A stretch of DNA of 64,000 nucleotides. Source: a bacterium (lineage in GTDB: Bacteria > Zhuqueibacterota > Zhuqueibacteria > Oceanimicrobiales > Oceanimicrobiaceae). Shown piece by piece: positions 49,634 through 63,012 of this stretch (positions are counted from its first letter, which is position 1; the number at the start of each line of letters is the position of its first letter). The stretch spans positions 55,302 through 119,301 of the forward strand of contig JBBIIG010000003.1 of the NCBI GenBank assembly GCA_037446635.1, in the 5' to 3' direction. Made by a program: the position numbers and the translations under genes. Under the pieces are notes generated by a model. That model was not told where the DNA came from. It made no database searches and worked only from the letters and a program-made list of their open reading frames with translations.

Positions 49634-49772
49634 CTAGAAGGCTGCTCGGAAAATGCTTGATGTTACAAATTCATGGTTCGACTCCGCACACCATGAAAAG
49701 AATTAGCTTCATACTGAGCGGAGTCGAAGGATGAAGTCGCTCGCACATTCCATTTTCCGACCAGCCTGCTAG
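49634..49772. mobile_element. 139-bp MITE-like element with CTAG at both ends
   Basis: 21-bp terminal inverted repeats TAGAAGGCTGCTCGGAAAATG / CATTTTCCGACCAGCCTGCTA (19/21); internal hairpins. Confidence 0.65.
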
Positions 49773-49878
49773 TGTTTTTCATTATTGATCTCAGGTACGT
49801 TTTTCTTAACAAATAATGCGCAAACTTTTTCTTGATTTTGAAAAAAAAAGTGATTAGGTTTTCGCTGGTAAAAAAAAT

Positions 49879-49952
49879 GGGCGATTAGCTCAGCTGGTTA
49901 GAGCGCTGGTCTCACATACCAGAGGTCGCAGGTTCGATTCCCGCATCGCCCA
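49879..49952 (+). tRNA. tRNA-Val(CAC)
   Basis: Cloverleaf: acceptor GGGCGAT/ATCGCCC, D arm, anticodon arm CTGGT-CTCACAT-ACCAG, TTCGA loop; CCA not encoded; TTGATT-N17-TAGGTT upstream at 49832-49860. Confidence 0.93.
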
Positions 49953-49959
49953 CAAACTG

Positions 49960-49989
49960 AAAAGGCTCACAAGTTGGTGAGCCTTTTTT
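49960..49989. terminator. Bidirectional intrinsic terminator
   Basis: AAAAGGCTCAC/GTGAGCCTTTTTT. Confidence 0.8.
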
Positions 49990-50010
49990 GAGCTTTCACA
50001 ACCCTTCAGA

Positions 50011-50766
50011 TCAACATACACGATTGCCATTGCTGAGAAAAGGTTGCGCCAGTCCCTTCAAGGAGCCATCCGGTTCGAGCACCGGCTCCGGCGAATATTG
50101 AATCGCATAAATCCGCCGCAAGCGATTGGTCTGGTTGGCGCCGGAGCGGTGAAAAGCCGTGCTGGAAAACACTGCGATGGAGCCGGCTTTACAGATAACC
50201 GGCACACCGGGGTGGCTGCCAAAATATCCTACACGCTCGTTGGAGTTCGGCACCATTTTGTGCTGCACTTTCTCTTTCGTGCCAGCGAGGGAATAAGGCA
50301 AAATGTAAAGCGTGCCGTTTTCCTCATTGACGTCATCTAAAGGAATCCAGCAGTTGACGTACGGTTTGTGGGGGCCATCACAATAACCAGAGTCCTGGTG
50401 CCAACCGAACTCCGAGCCCTTTTCCGATCCCTTCACCACGAATTGTTCCCAGAAGAGTTGCGCTTCCGGGCCGATCGTGGCGCGGCAAATTTCCGCCATC
50501 AAATCGCTAAAAATGAATTGGCCCAGCAGCGGCCGGTTTTTATACGCTAAAAATACAAAGTAGCGGCTGTTGCGCCGGCTCAAATTAATGACATCGGTGC
50601 CCTGCCGATCCATCTCGGCCTCCTGCTCGGCAATCAGTTCGGAACATTGTGCGCGCAGAATTTCCAAATCTTCGTCCGGAATGACTTTATCAAGTATAAA
50701 ATAGCCTTCTTTTTGATACTGCTCTTTCTGCTGCGGCGTAATACGGAATCCATTGGTTTTTGACAT
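50011..50766 (-). CDS. PhyH-family Fe(II)/2-oxoglutarate dioxygenase
   Basis: WHQD, WIPLDDVNEENG, FHRSGAN. Confidence 0.9.
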   Translation of the reverse strand: MSKTNGFRITPQQKEQYQKEGYFILDKVIPDEDLEILRAQCSELIAEQEAEMDRQGTDVINLSRRNSRYFVFLAYKNRPLLGQFIFSDLMAEICRATIGPEAQLFWEQFVVKGSEKGSEFGWHQDSGYCDGPHKPYVNCWIPLDDVNEENGTLYILPYSLAGTKEKVQHKMVPNSNERVGYFGSHPGVPVICKAGSIAVFSSTAFHRSGANQTNRLRRIYAIQYSPEPVLEPDGSLKGLAQPFLSNGNRVC

Positions 50767-50802
50767 GGTTGCTACCTCAGTTTTAATTAGTGATAATCGC
50801 GT

Positions 50803-52320
50803 TCATTTTAATTTATCGAAAGTTGGTTTAAACGTCGCGTACATTTCTTTATAAATAGCGTAAGCCGATTCATAGCGCTTCACCCACTCCGGCTGCGCAG
50901 GCGTGCGCGTTGAAATTTTAATGGTTTGCTCACACGCCGCTTCTACATCACCATAAACACCGGCGCCCACGCCCGCGAGCAGAGCCGCGCCGTAGGGAGC
51001 GCCCTCGGTTGAAACCAAGGTACTCAATTCAGAATTTAGCACGCTAGCGAGAATTTGCCGCCAGAGCTCGCTGCGGGCGCCGCCGCCGGAAACATAAACT
51101 TCGGAAATAGACAAGCCCATTTTTTTGATCAACTCCAGACAGTCGCGCAAACTGAACGCCACGCCTTCTAAAACGGCGCGCGTCAAATGGGCTTTGGTGT
51201 GGCGCACCGTTAATCCGAAGAACACGCCGCGGGCGTTGGGATCGGGATGCGGCGTACGCTCGCCGCTCAAATAGGGCAGAAAAAACAGCCCCTCGCAGCC
51301 AGCGGGCGCGTTGCCGGCTGCGGCTATCAACAATTCATACGGATCAACTTTTTTGGATTTCGCGAGCTGGACTTCCTCCTGCGCCAGCGTGTCGCGGAAC
51401 CAGCGCAGCGAGCCGCCGGCCGCAAGCGTGACGCCCATCACGTGCCAGGCGCCGGGCGCGGCGTGGCAAAAGGCATGAAGCCGGCCCTCCGGTTCCACCG
51501 CTAATTTTGGCGTGTGCGCAAAAACCACCCCGGAGGTTCCGATCGTAATCGAAACCACGCCGGAGCGCACGATGCCGCTTCCCACGGCGCCGGCGGCCTG
51601 ATCGCCGCCGCCGCCGACCACCGCTGTCCCCGCGGCCAAACCGGTAACCGCTGCGGCGTTTTTCGTCACTTGGCCAGTAATTTCCGGCGATTCATAAATT
51701 TTCGGCAGCCAATCTTTTGGAATCTCCAAATGGCGCAGCATCGGCTCGGACCAACTGCGGCGCTGAACATCCAGCAGCGACGTGCCGGAGGCGTCCGAAA
51801 CCTCGGTGGCGTACTCGCCGGTGAGCCGGTAGCGAATGTAATCCTTTGGCAGCAAAATCTGAGCGGCTTTCTCAAAAACCTGCGGCTCGTTCTCGCGAAC
51901 CCAAATTACTTTTGGCGCGGTAAATCCCGGCAGCACCGGATTGCCGGTGAGCTGCAGCAATTTTTTTGCGCCGATTTTTTCGGTGATGGCGGCGCACTGC
52001 GGCGCGGTGCGCTGATCGTTCCACATGATGCAGGGCCGCAAAACCTGGCCGGATTTGTCCAGCAAAACCAGACCGTGCATTTGGCCAGTCAACCCAATCG
52101 CTTTCACTTCGTTGGGTTTCACCCCCGATTTGTCCAAAACCGTGCGGAAACTTTTTTGAGCGGCCTGCCACCAATCTTCGGGATTTTGCTCCGACCACAG
52201 AGGCCGCGGCGTGAACATCGGGTACTCAGAAGTGGCGCTGGCGAGCACGTCGCCTTTTGAATTGATCAGCAGCGCTTTGGCGCCGGTGGTCCCGACATCT
52301 AAACCGAGTAAATAGGCCAT
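50803..52320 (-). CDS. xylB: Xylulokinase (FGGY sugar kinase)
   Basis: GLDVGTTGAK, TGQMHG, WNDQR, GGGDQAA, PYLSGERTP. Confidence 0.88.
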   Translation of the reverse strand: MAYLLGLDVGTTGAKALLINSKGDVLASATSEYPMFTPRPLWSEQNPEDWWQAAQKSFRTVLDKSGVKPNEVKAIGLTGQMHGLVLLDKSGQVLRPCIMWNDQRTAPQCAAITEKIGAKKLLQLTGNPVLPGFTAPKVIWVRENEPQVFEKAAQILLPKDYIRYRLTGEYATEVSDASGTSLLDVQRRSWSEPMLRHLEIPKDWLPKIYESPEITGQVTKNAAAVTGLAAGTAVVGGGGDQAAGAVGSGIVRSGVVSITIGTSGVVFAHTPKLAVEPEGRLHAFCHAAPGAWHVMGVTLAAGGSLRWFRDTLAQEEVQLAKSKKVDPYELLIAAAGNAPAGCEGLFFLPYLSGERTPHPDPNARGVFFGLTVRHTKAHLTRAVLEGVAFSLRDCLELIKKMGLSISEVYVSGGGARSELWRQILASVLNSELSTLVSTEGAPYGAALLAGVGAGVYGDVEAACEQTIKISTRTPAQPEWVKRYESAYAIYKEMYATFKPTFDKLK

Positions 52321-52390
52321 CTTTCAGCTTCCAAAAATTTTATGGTGGTGAATTCAATTTTCTACGGTAGGGGCAATTCATGAATCGCCC

Positions 52391-53023
52391 CTACCAGGTC
52401 GCATTGCGATTTGGGATGGCCGGACCGTGCGTGTGTTCCCACAAATGGCCCAGCCGCTTTTGTCCCCTCAACGTGGTCTCAAAGTAAACGCCGGTGATTT
52501 TCTCAAACACAAAGGGAAAATCGTGGTGATACCTCATGGCCGTGGCCACGCAATCGCCGGCCGCGACGTCAAAAATTTGGCCTTCGGTGACGACTCTTCC
52601 CCGGCCATTGACGATGATCCAATATTCATCGAAGTCGTGGTAGTGGTTATCAAAAACCGTGTTGCGCGGATAGGCCGTTGGGTCGCCGTCGTTTCGCGGT
52701 GAGTCGCTTTTATCCAGCGTGAAAACGCCGCAGGAACCGATTTCCTCGCCCCAGTGTCCGGCCACCCGCACCAACGTGAGCGGCTCATCAACATTGCTCA
52801 CGACGAACATCCCATCACTGCCGAGATCGTAGATTTGGCCGGGGCCGGCCTCGCGCTCCGTCTCGCCAACTAAAACTGAACCCAAACCTTCGCACACAAA
52901 GAGCTTCTCTTTCGCCGCGGCTCGTTCAAACCGGCGCGTCTCTCCTTTTTTCAAATTGGCGATTTCAAAAAATGTCATCTCGCACCAACTGGGCAGCCAT
53001 TGAGCGTTTTTGAAAATAGGCAT
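52391..53023 (-). CDS. Bicupin-like protein
   Basis: FDNHYHDFDEYW and HHD cupin metal motifs; stop codon lies inside a REP palindrome. Confidence 0.75.
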   Translation of the reverse strand: MPIFKNAQWLPSWCEMTFFEIANLKKGETRRFERAAAKEKLFVCEGLGSVLVGETEREAGPGQIYDLGSDGMFVVSNVDEPLTLVRVAGHWGEEIGSCGVFTLDKSDSPRNDGDPTAYPRNTVFDNHYHDFDEYWIIVNGRGRVVTEGQIFDVAAGDCVATAMRYHHDFPFVFEKITGVYFETTLRGQKRLGHLWEHTHGPAIPNRNATW

Positions 53024-53026
53024 AGG

Positions 53027-53932
53027 CTATCCTAAAGCAACGTTGGTGCAACCTAATTTTTCGAGCGCGGCGATCCAGCCGGATTTCGTGGCGTCGTCGG
53101 TGTTGGGGAGATGCGCCAGCTCCGGCTCGCGGCCGATGCGGCGCGCTTTGTCCACGCCCATGTTGTGATAGGCCATGATATCGATGCGAAGAAGATTCGG
53201 ATACCGCTGTGAAAGCTCCGCAATTCCCATGAGATGCTCGGCTGTATCATTCACGCCCGGCACCAGCGGGCAGCGCACGATAATGCGCGCGCCGGCGTGG
53301 TAAAGAAAATCGAAATTGCTGAGGATCAAATCATTGGACACGCCAGTCCAGCGGCGGTGCGTTGCGGCGTCCGTCGCTTTATAATCGAAAAGAAACAGAT
53401 CGACGTGTTTGATGATGGCGCGGTATTTTTCCACGGGCGCGAAGCCGCAGGTATCCACGCAGGTGTGAATGCCCGCGGATTTTGCGGCCCGCAGCAGCGC
53501 GCGGGTAAATTCAAACTGCGCCATCGGCTCGCCGCCGGAGATGGTGAGCCCGCCGCCGCTGCGCTTGTAATAAGCAATATCTTTGATCACCTCCTGCATA
53601 ACGCGCTCGACCGTCATTTCCGCGCCAATAATTTTGAGCGCACCGTGCGAACATTCCGGCGCGCAGAGTCCACAGGCGTCGCAGAGATTTCGTTCAAAAA
53701 CACGCTGGCCATTTTCGATGCGCATTGCGCCGGTGGGGCAAGCCACCACGCAGGAAAAACTGCTTTGGCATTTATCCGCCCAAAACGATAACTCCGGTTT
53801 GAACGATTGCGATTCCGGGTTGTGGCACCAGGCGCAGCGCAGCGGACAGCCTTTGAGAAAGACGGTGGTGCGAATGCCGGGCCCATCGTGAAGGGCAAAG
53901 CGTTGGATGTCGAAAACGAGTCCAGTCATCAT
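53027..53932 (-). CDS. Glycyl-radical enzyme activating radical SAM protein with a ferredoxin-like insert
   Basis: HDGPGIRTTVFLKGCPLRCAWCHNPE, CDACGLC...C, SGGEP. Confidence 0.95.
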   Translation of the reverse strand: MMTGLVFDIQRFALHDGPGIRTTVFLKGCPLRCAWCHNPESQSFKPELSFWADKCQSSFSCVVACPTGAMRIENGQRVFERNLCDACGLCAPECSHGALKIIGAEMTVERVMQEVIKDIAYYKRSGGGLTISGGEPMAQFEFTRALLRAAKSAGIHTCVDTCGFAPVEKYRAIIKHVDLFLFDYKATDAATHRRWTGVSNDLILSNFDFLYHAGARIIVRCPLVPGVNDTAEHLMGIAELSQRYPNLLRIDIMAYHNMGVDKARRIGREPELAHLPNTDDATKSGWIAALEKLGCTNVALG

Positions 53933-54220
53933 CTCAATTACTTCTGGTATTGTAAAAATTAGATCGCCTGTGATGAATCATCAGGCTAATTTGCTGAAGT
54001 CGATTGAAATCGACTATAGACGGCAACAGCTTAATTTATTAAGCTTAGCTTGGAAATTCATTTCCAAGCGAACTGCTTTCATCGACAGAAGCCATCTTCT
54101 TAGGATTTTTACAATAGTCCAGCTACTTTAAACTATAGTGCGGAGAAAGCATTACACCCCTGCCCCGCAAAAAGCGCGGGGCGATCCCCTCAAGGGGACA
54201 TTTTGCGTTCGCGCTTTACA

Positions 54221-56461
54221 TCAGTAAAGTGTCCGATTCAAAATTTCCAATTGCACGTCGCGGGAGAGTTCCACGAAGCGGGCGCTGAAGCCGCCGACGC
54301 GCACAAATAGGTGCTGGTATTTTTCCGGTTCTATTAGCGCGCGTTCGAGATCGCCGCGGCTGACCACGGTGATCATCGCCTGCGCGCCGCCCTTTTCAAA
54401 GTAGGTATCCAGCAGCGCCGAGACTTCTTTGGGCTGGGTGGTGAACAGCTCGCGGCTGAATTTCATATTCTGCACCGCGCCGGCGTGAATTTTTGGCGAC
54501 GGCTTGACGATGGAATTCAAAAACGCAGTAACGCCGCTGCGGTCGAACCCACTGGTGGGATTATTGCCATTGTTCATCGGCTCACCGGAAAGACGGCCGT
54601 CCGCCGACGCCGCGGTTTGATGCCCCATCAGCGTGTTGGCGCTGTTGTTGATGATAACCACGAGGTACGAATGCAGTCCGACCCGCTGGGCTTGCTGGCG
54701 CACGTAATTGCAGACGTGGTTGTGAACCTCGAGCAGCATGCGGTCAGCGCGATCGTCATCATTGCCGTATTTGGGCGCGTCCAGCAATTTGCGGCGCAGT
54801 TTTTCGTAGCCCGCGAAGTTGGCGTCGAGCGCCGCCAGCAGCTCCTCCGGTTGAATTAACTTTTTCTCATAAACCAACTCTTTGATGGCGGTGAGGCTAT
54901 CGGCGGTGTTGGAGTTGCCGTAGGTTTCCAGCGTTCCTCCTAAATAACGAATGCCGCCGGCAAACGCGCCTTTACCGCGGAGCAAGCAATCATCGTACAA
55001 CATGCTCAAATAGAGAAACGGCGCTACTTCGCCGGCGATTTTGTATTCGAGCACTTCCTGCTCGGCCATCATTTCCACAAAAAATTCCACTTGCTTTTTG
55101 TAAGCATTCCAGAGGTCGTCGAAGGTTTTGAAATCGCGAAACTCGCCCAACGCCAGTCCGATGGTTTTGCCGGTCATGGGATCGACGCCGTTGTGCAGCG
55201 TCACTTCCAACGCCTTGAGCAGATTAATAACGCCGCTGGGCGTGCCGAAACTTTGATGTTCGATGATGTACTCACCGCAGCCGTAGGGCACGTACTGCTC
55301 CGCGGTTTCGCGATCGAATCCGAAGGCCGCCATCACCGCCGGCACGTTGACGTCGTCGTTGTAAAGCATCGGGAAGGTGCGGCCGGCGCCGATCACTTGC
55401 ATGGCTTTTTCCATCAACGCCGGGTTCATACCTTTGTAAAATCGCAGTGAAAGCTGCGGCTCGATTTCCAGCACGGTGCGCGTCGCTTCCATCGCCAGCA
55501 GCGCAAAACGGTCGGCGTGCGCTTCGTTGGGACGGCCCACGCCGCCGATGATCACCCGGTTGTGAACGACGGTGTGCAGATCAGCCATGAGCTGCCACAG
55601 CGATTGCAGCAGCCGCAGCGCCTGCGCTTCGGACAGCGCGCCCGATTCCAGATCGGCCGCCAAAAATTCTCCAAGATAGACGTCCATGCGGCCGTAGTTG
55701 CGGACGTCCGCGACGCGCGCATAGAGCCAAAAAAGTTGAATGGCCTCGCGTAAATTTCGCGGCTTGCTGTTGCTGATGTTATTCAACACCGCTGCCATCT
55801 CCGTCAGCTCGCGGGCGCGCTCGCGGCGAGTTTCCGCCAGCGCTTTCTTCTCCGCTTGCTTGGCGAAAAAGCGGCAAACATCCACCAGCACGTCCAGCGC
55901 CAGCCGCATGCCGTCGTAAAGTTTCACATCGCCGTGGTTGGCGGCCGCTTTCGCGCGGTAACGTTCCACTTCCTCATACATGCCAGGGATGCCGAGGCGC
56001 ACCAGTTTGCCAAAATCAATCGTGCCGCCGGTGAGACGGTACAGTGGAAACGCGATGCCGTGATCGTGCATCCAATCATCGGTGGGAAGATAGCGCGCCA
56101 TTTCGGGCGGATAGGCTGCGCGCAGTTTGCTGGAGGTGTCTTCGCTTTTCCAAAAATCGAGCATGGCCAAAACGGCGCGGCGGGTTTTAGCATCGGCGCC
56201 GGAATCATCGAGGCGTCTGAGGATTTCCGCGCGCTGGCAGTAATAGCCAAAGGCGGTGGGGCCCCACTCGTCCGGAGTCACGCCCACCAGCGGGTGGTCG
56301 ATGCGGCCGGCAAAGAGATCGCCATCCTGGATTTCGGCAAAGAAATCTGGAAACTGCGTTTTCAAACACATCGCCTCGCGGATGGCCGGATGCTCGTGCT
56401 GAAAGCGCTGGTAAGTTTCGGTGAAGCGCACCTCGCGGCCAAAATTATACTTCTTCAACAT
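54221..56461 (-). CDS. Glycyl radical enzyme (PFL-like), function unknown
   Basis: C-terminal VRVGGFS glycyl motif; Cys loop PYGCGEY; PKYGND; start uncertain (56461, 56491 or 56524). Confidence 0.92.
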   Translation of the reverse strand: MLKKYNFGREVRFTETYQRFQHEHPAIREAMCLKTQFPDFFAEIQDGDLFAGRIDHPLVGVTPDEWGPTAFGYYCQRAEILRRLDDSGADAKTRRAVLAMLDFWKSEDTSSKLRAAYPPEMARYLPTDDWMHDHGIAFPLYRLTGGTIDFGKLVRLGIPGMYEEVERYRAKAAANHGDVKLYDGMRLALDVLVDVCRFFAKQAEKKALAETRRERARELTEMAAVLNNISNSKPRNLREAIQLFWLYARVADVRNYGRMDVYLGEFLAADLESGALSEAQALRLLQSLWQLMADLHTVVHNRVIIGGVGRPNEAHADRFALLAMEATRTVLEIEPQLSLRFYKGMNPALMEKAMQVIGAGRTFPMLYNDDVNVPAVMAAFGFDRETAEQYVPYGCGEYIIEHQSFGTPSGVINLLKALEVTLHNGVDPMTGKTIGLALGEFRDFKTFDDLWNAYKKQVEFFVEMMAEQEVLEYKIAGEVAPFLYLSMLYDDCLLRGKGAFAGGIRYLGGTLETYGNSNTADSLTAIKELVYEKKLIQPEELLAALDANFAGYEKLRRKLLDAPKYGNDDDRADRMLLEVHNHVCNYVRQQAQRVGLHSYLVVIINNSANTLMGHQTAASADGRLSGEPMNNGNNPTSGFDRSGVTAFLNSIVKPSPKIHAGAVQNMKFSRELFTTQPKEVSALLDTYFEKGGAQAMITVVSRGDLERALIEPEKYQHLFVRVGGFSARFVELSRDVQLEILNRTLY

Positions 56462-56609
56462 TTCTGATTTTCCATTTGGTTTTTTGGCCATTTTATTTGC
56501 ATATTTAATATAGAATTTTGCCATAAAAAGTCTTGTCTTAATTTGACCGTTTTTTTGTGCTATATTGATATTTAGTAGGGCGAGCAGACTGGTCGCCCGA
56601 CATTAAAAC

Positions 56610-57470
56610 ATGGACACACTCAAAATCTATACTGCGGATTTAATCGACCCGGAGTCCGAGATCCATTACGCTTTTCACAAAAGCATCCGCAGCATCACGA
56701 TTGCCCATCATCACGAGTTCTTTGAAGTTTTTCTCATCACCAAAGGCGAAGTGGTGCACGTCATCAACGGCAAGCAGGAAATTCTCAGCGAGGGCGCGCT
56801 GGTGTTCATTCGCCCGGATGACATACACCATTACGCCAAAAGCAACGGCCACGAATGCGAACTCATCAACCTTGCGTTCTCCCACAAAACCGCACTCGAG
56901 CTATTTCACTATCTCGGCGAGGGATTTTTGCCGACGCGATTGTTAGATGCGAAAATGCCGCCGCGGGCAACCCTGCCGAAGGCCGAGCTTCATTTAGTTA
57001 AAACACGATTGGAGGAACTCAACACGCTGCCGCGTTCCGACAAAGCGGCGGTGCGCACCCGGCTGCGCGTGCTGCTGGTGGAGCTGTTCAGCAAGTATTT
57101 TCCCGTCAGCAAACAGTCGGAGAAAAAATCGATTCCGGATTGGTTGGACTGGCTGGTGAACGAAATGCACAAGAAGGAAAACTTCACAGGCGGGCTGGCG
57201 CGCATGCAGGAGCTTTCGCGCCGCACGCCGGAACACCTCAGCCGCCTTTTCAAAAAACATCTCGGCGTTACGCCCACGCAATTCATCAACGAGTTGCGAT
57301 TGAATTACGCCGCCAATCTTCTGGCCAACAGCGACGAGACGATTGCCAGCATCGCGCTGGAAGCCGGGTTTGAGAACCTCAGCCACTTTTATCATCTCTT
57401 CAAATTAAAATTCAAACGCTCGCCCAAACAGTTTCGCGCGGATAATAAGAAGAGCGTCATTCCGGAATAA
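56610..57470 (+). CDS. AraC-family transcriptional regulator with a cupin sensor domain (ChbR-like)
   Basis: HHHEFFE; HLSRLFKK...RLNYAANLL...GFENLSHFY..FK. Confidence 0.93.
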   Translation: MDTLKIYTADLIDPESEIHYAFHKSIRSITIAHHHEFFEVFLITKGEVVHVINGKQEILSEGALVFIRPDDIHHYAKSNGHECELINLAFSHKTALELFHYLGEGFLPTRLLDAKMPPRATLPKAELHLVKTRLEELNTLPRSDKAAVRTRLRVLLVELFSKYFPVSKQSEKKSIPDWLDWLVNEMHKKENFTGGLARMQELSRRTPEHLSRLFKKHLGVTPTQFINELRLNYAANLLANSDETIASIALEAGFENLSHFYHLFKLKFKRSPKQFRADNKKSVIPE

Positions 57471-57502
57471 TGGGGTGAAACGCTTTTTTTCTGCGGAGCG
57501 GA

Positions 57503-61849
<4,347 letters not shown>

Positions 61850-62003
61850 GCTACTCCAATGAATTAGTTAGATGTTATATCTAATTTCGACAATTATAAT
61901 CGGTTTCTTGATGTGAGAGGATGACGGCGTGCAAAAAATCAGCGCAGCATATTTTTGCGGCCCGTAGGGGCAATTCATGAATGCCCCTACTAGGTTCGAC
62001 GAA

Positions 62004-62921
62004 TCATGGGAGGCGCTGCAGTTTAGTGAGGCGTCCGCGCTCATGCCACTCGACGACATACACATCGCCGCGGGAATCCACGCACACGGCGTGCGGGGCC
62101 ACAAATTTGTCCGAAGGCAAATCGGACAGCGGTAGGTTCGGCCAGCCCTCCTTTTCCCAGACCGCGGGGTTGTCGCCGAGATGGGTGATGAGCCGGTTGT
62201 GGCGATCAAAAATCGTAACGCGAGCGAGCAAATCCGGGATGTAAATTTCGTCCCCAAACTGATAGAAACAGCACGGCAGCCGCAGTTCTGCGGTGATGAA
62301 ATCGATGGGCTCGCCAACAAGAGTGAACCGCTGGATGCGTTGGTTGCCGCGGTCGGCGACCAGCAGAATCGGCGCGCGGCCGCGGGTGTCCACCCAAATC
62401 CCGTGGGGGCAATCTAATTTTCCGGCATCACTGCCTTTGCCGCCCCACGAGCGAATGTAAACTGCCTTCCGCGAGTAGTGATGAATCCAGTTTTGGCCGT
62501 AGCCGTCGCAGACGTAAACATCCCCGTTAGGCGCGACGGCGACGTCGGTGGGCTGGAATTGTTCTTCTGATTGATAAACGTCGGGCAGTTTCGGCGCGCC
62601 CAATTCCCACAAGATTTCACCATTGAGAGTTGTTTTGACCACGAGATGACGATCGAGATCGGTGAGATAGAGAAATTCATTCTCTCCCTCATTGCTCAAA
62701 AACATGCCGTGCGCGCCTTTGGCAAATTCCCCTCCCCACGAATTTAGAAATTGGCCGTCGCGATCAAGCACAATCACCGCGTTTTCACTTTGATTGAAAA
62801 TGTACACGCGATCGCGGGAGTCCACCACCACGCCGTGCGTATAGCCGAGTTTGATGCGATTTGGCAGCTTCGCCCAATCGGGAACGACTTCATACGTGTG
62901 CAAGCCGTGGCCTACTTTCAT
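62004..62921 (-). CDS. NHL-repeat beta-propeller protein
   Basis: HGVVVDS, PTDVAV..NG.VYVCDGYG, PHGIWVD, VADRGN; start at MKVGHG after AAGGAG. Confidence 0.85.
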   Translation of the reverse strand: MKVGHGLHTYEVVPDWAKLPNRIKLGYTHGVVVDSRDRVYIFNQSENAVIVLDRDGQFLNSWGGEFAKGAHGMFLSNEGENEFLYLTDLDRHLVVKTTLNGEILWELGAPKLPDVYQSEEQFQPTDVAVAPNGDVYVCDGYGQNWIHHYSRKAVYIRSWGGKGSDAGKLDCPHGIWVDTRGRAPILLVADRGNQRIQRFTLVGEPIDFITAELRLPCCFYQFGDEIYIPDLLARVTIFDRHNRLITHLGDNPAVWEKEGWPNLPLSDLPSDKFVAPHAVCVDSRGDVYVVEWHERGRLTKLQRLP

Positions 62922-63012
62922 TGGCTGTTCTCCTTTGGAGTGCATCGACGGGCGCCGATGCAGGGGCAACCTCGCAGCAGTACGTTGACACAGGCAACGT
63001 ACTGCATAAAAA

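Noticed and set aside
49879..49952. tRNA-Val as an island integration site, or as a pseudo-tRNA because of one A-C mismatch in the T stem
   Set aside because: No duplicated tRNA 3' end or integrase seen; the rest of the cloverleaf, promoter and terminator look intact
54221..56461. Linking the GRE to the BMC vertex gene as a glycyl-radical microcompartment
   Set aside because: The genes are ~36 kb apart, with no shell genes or evident encapsulation peptide at the GRE locus
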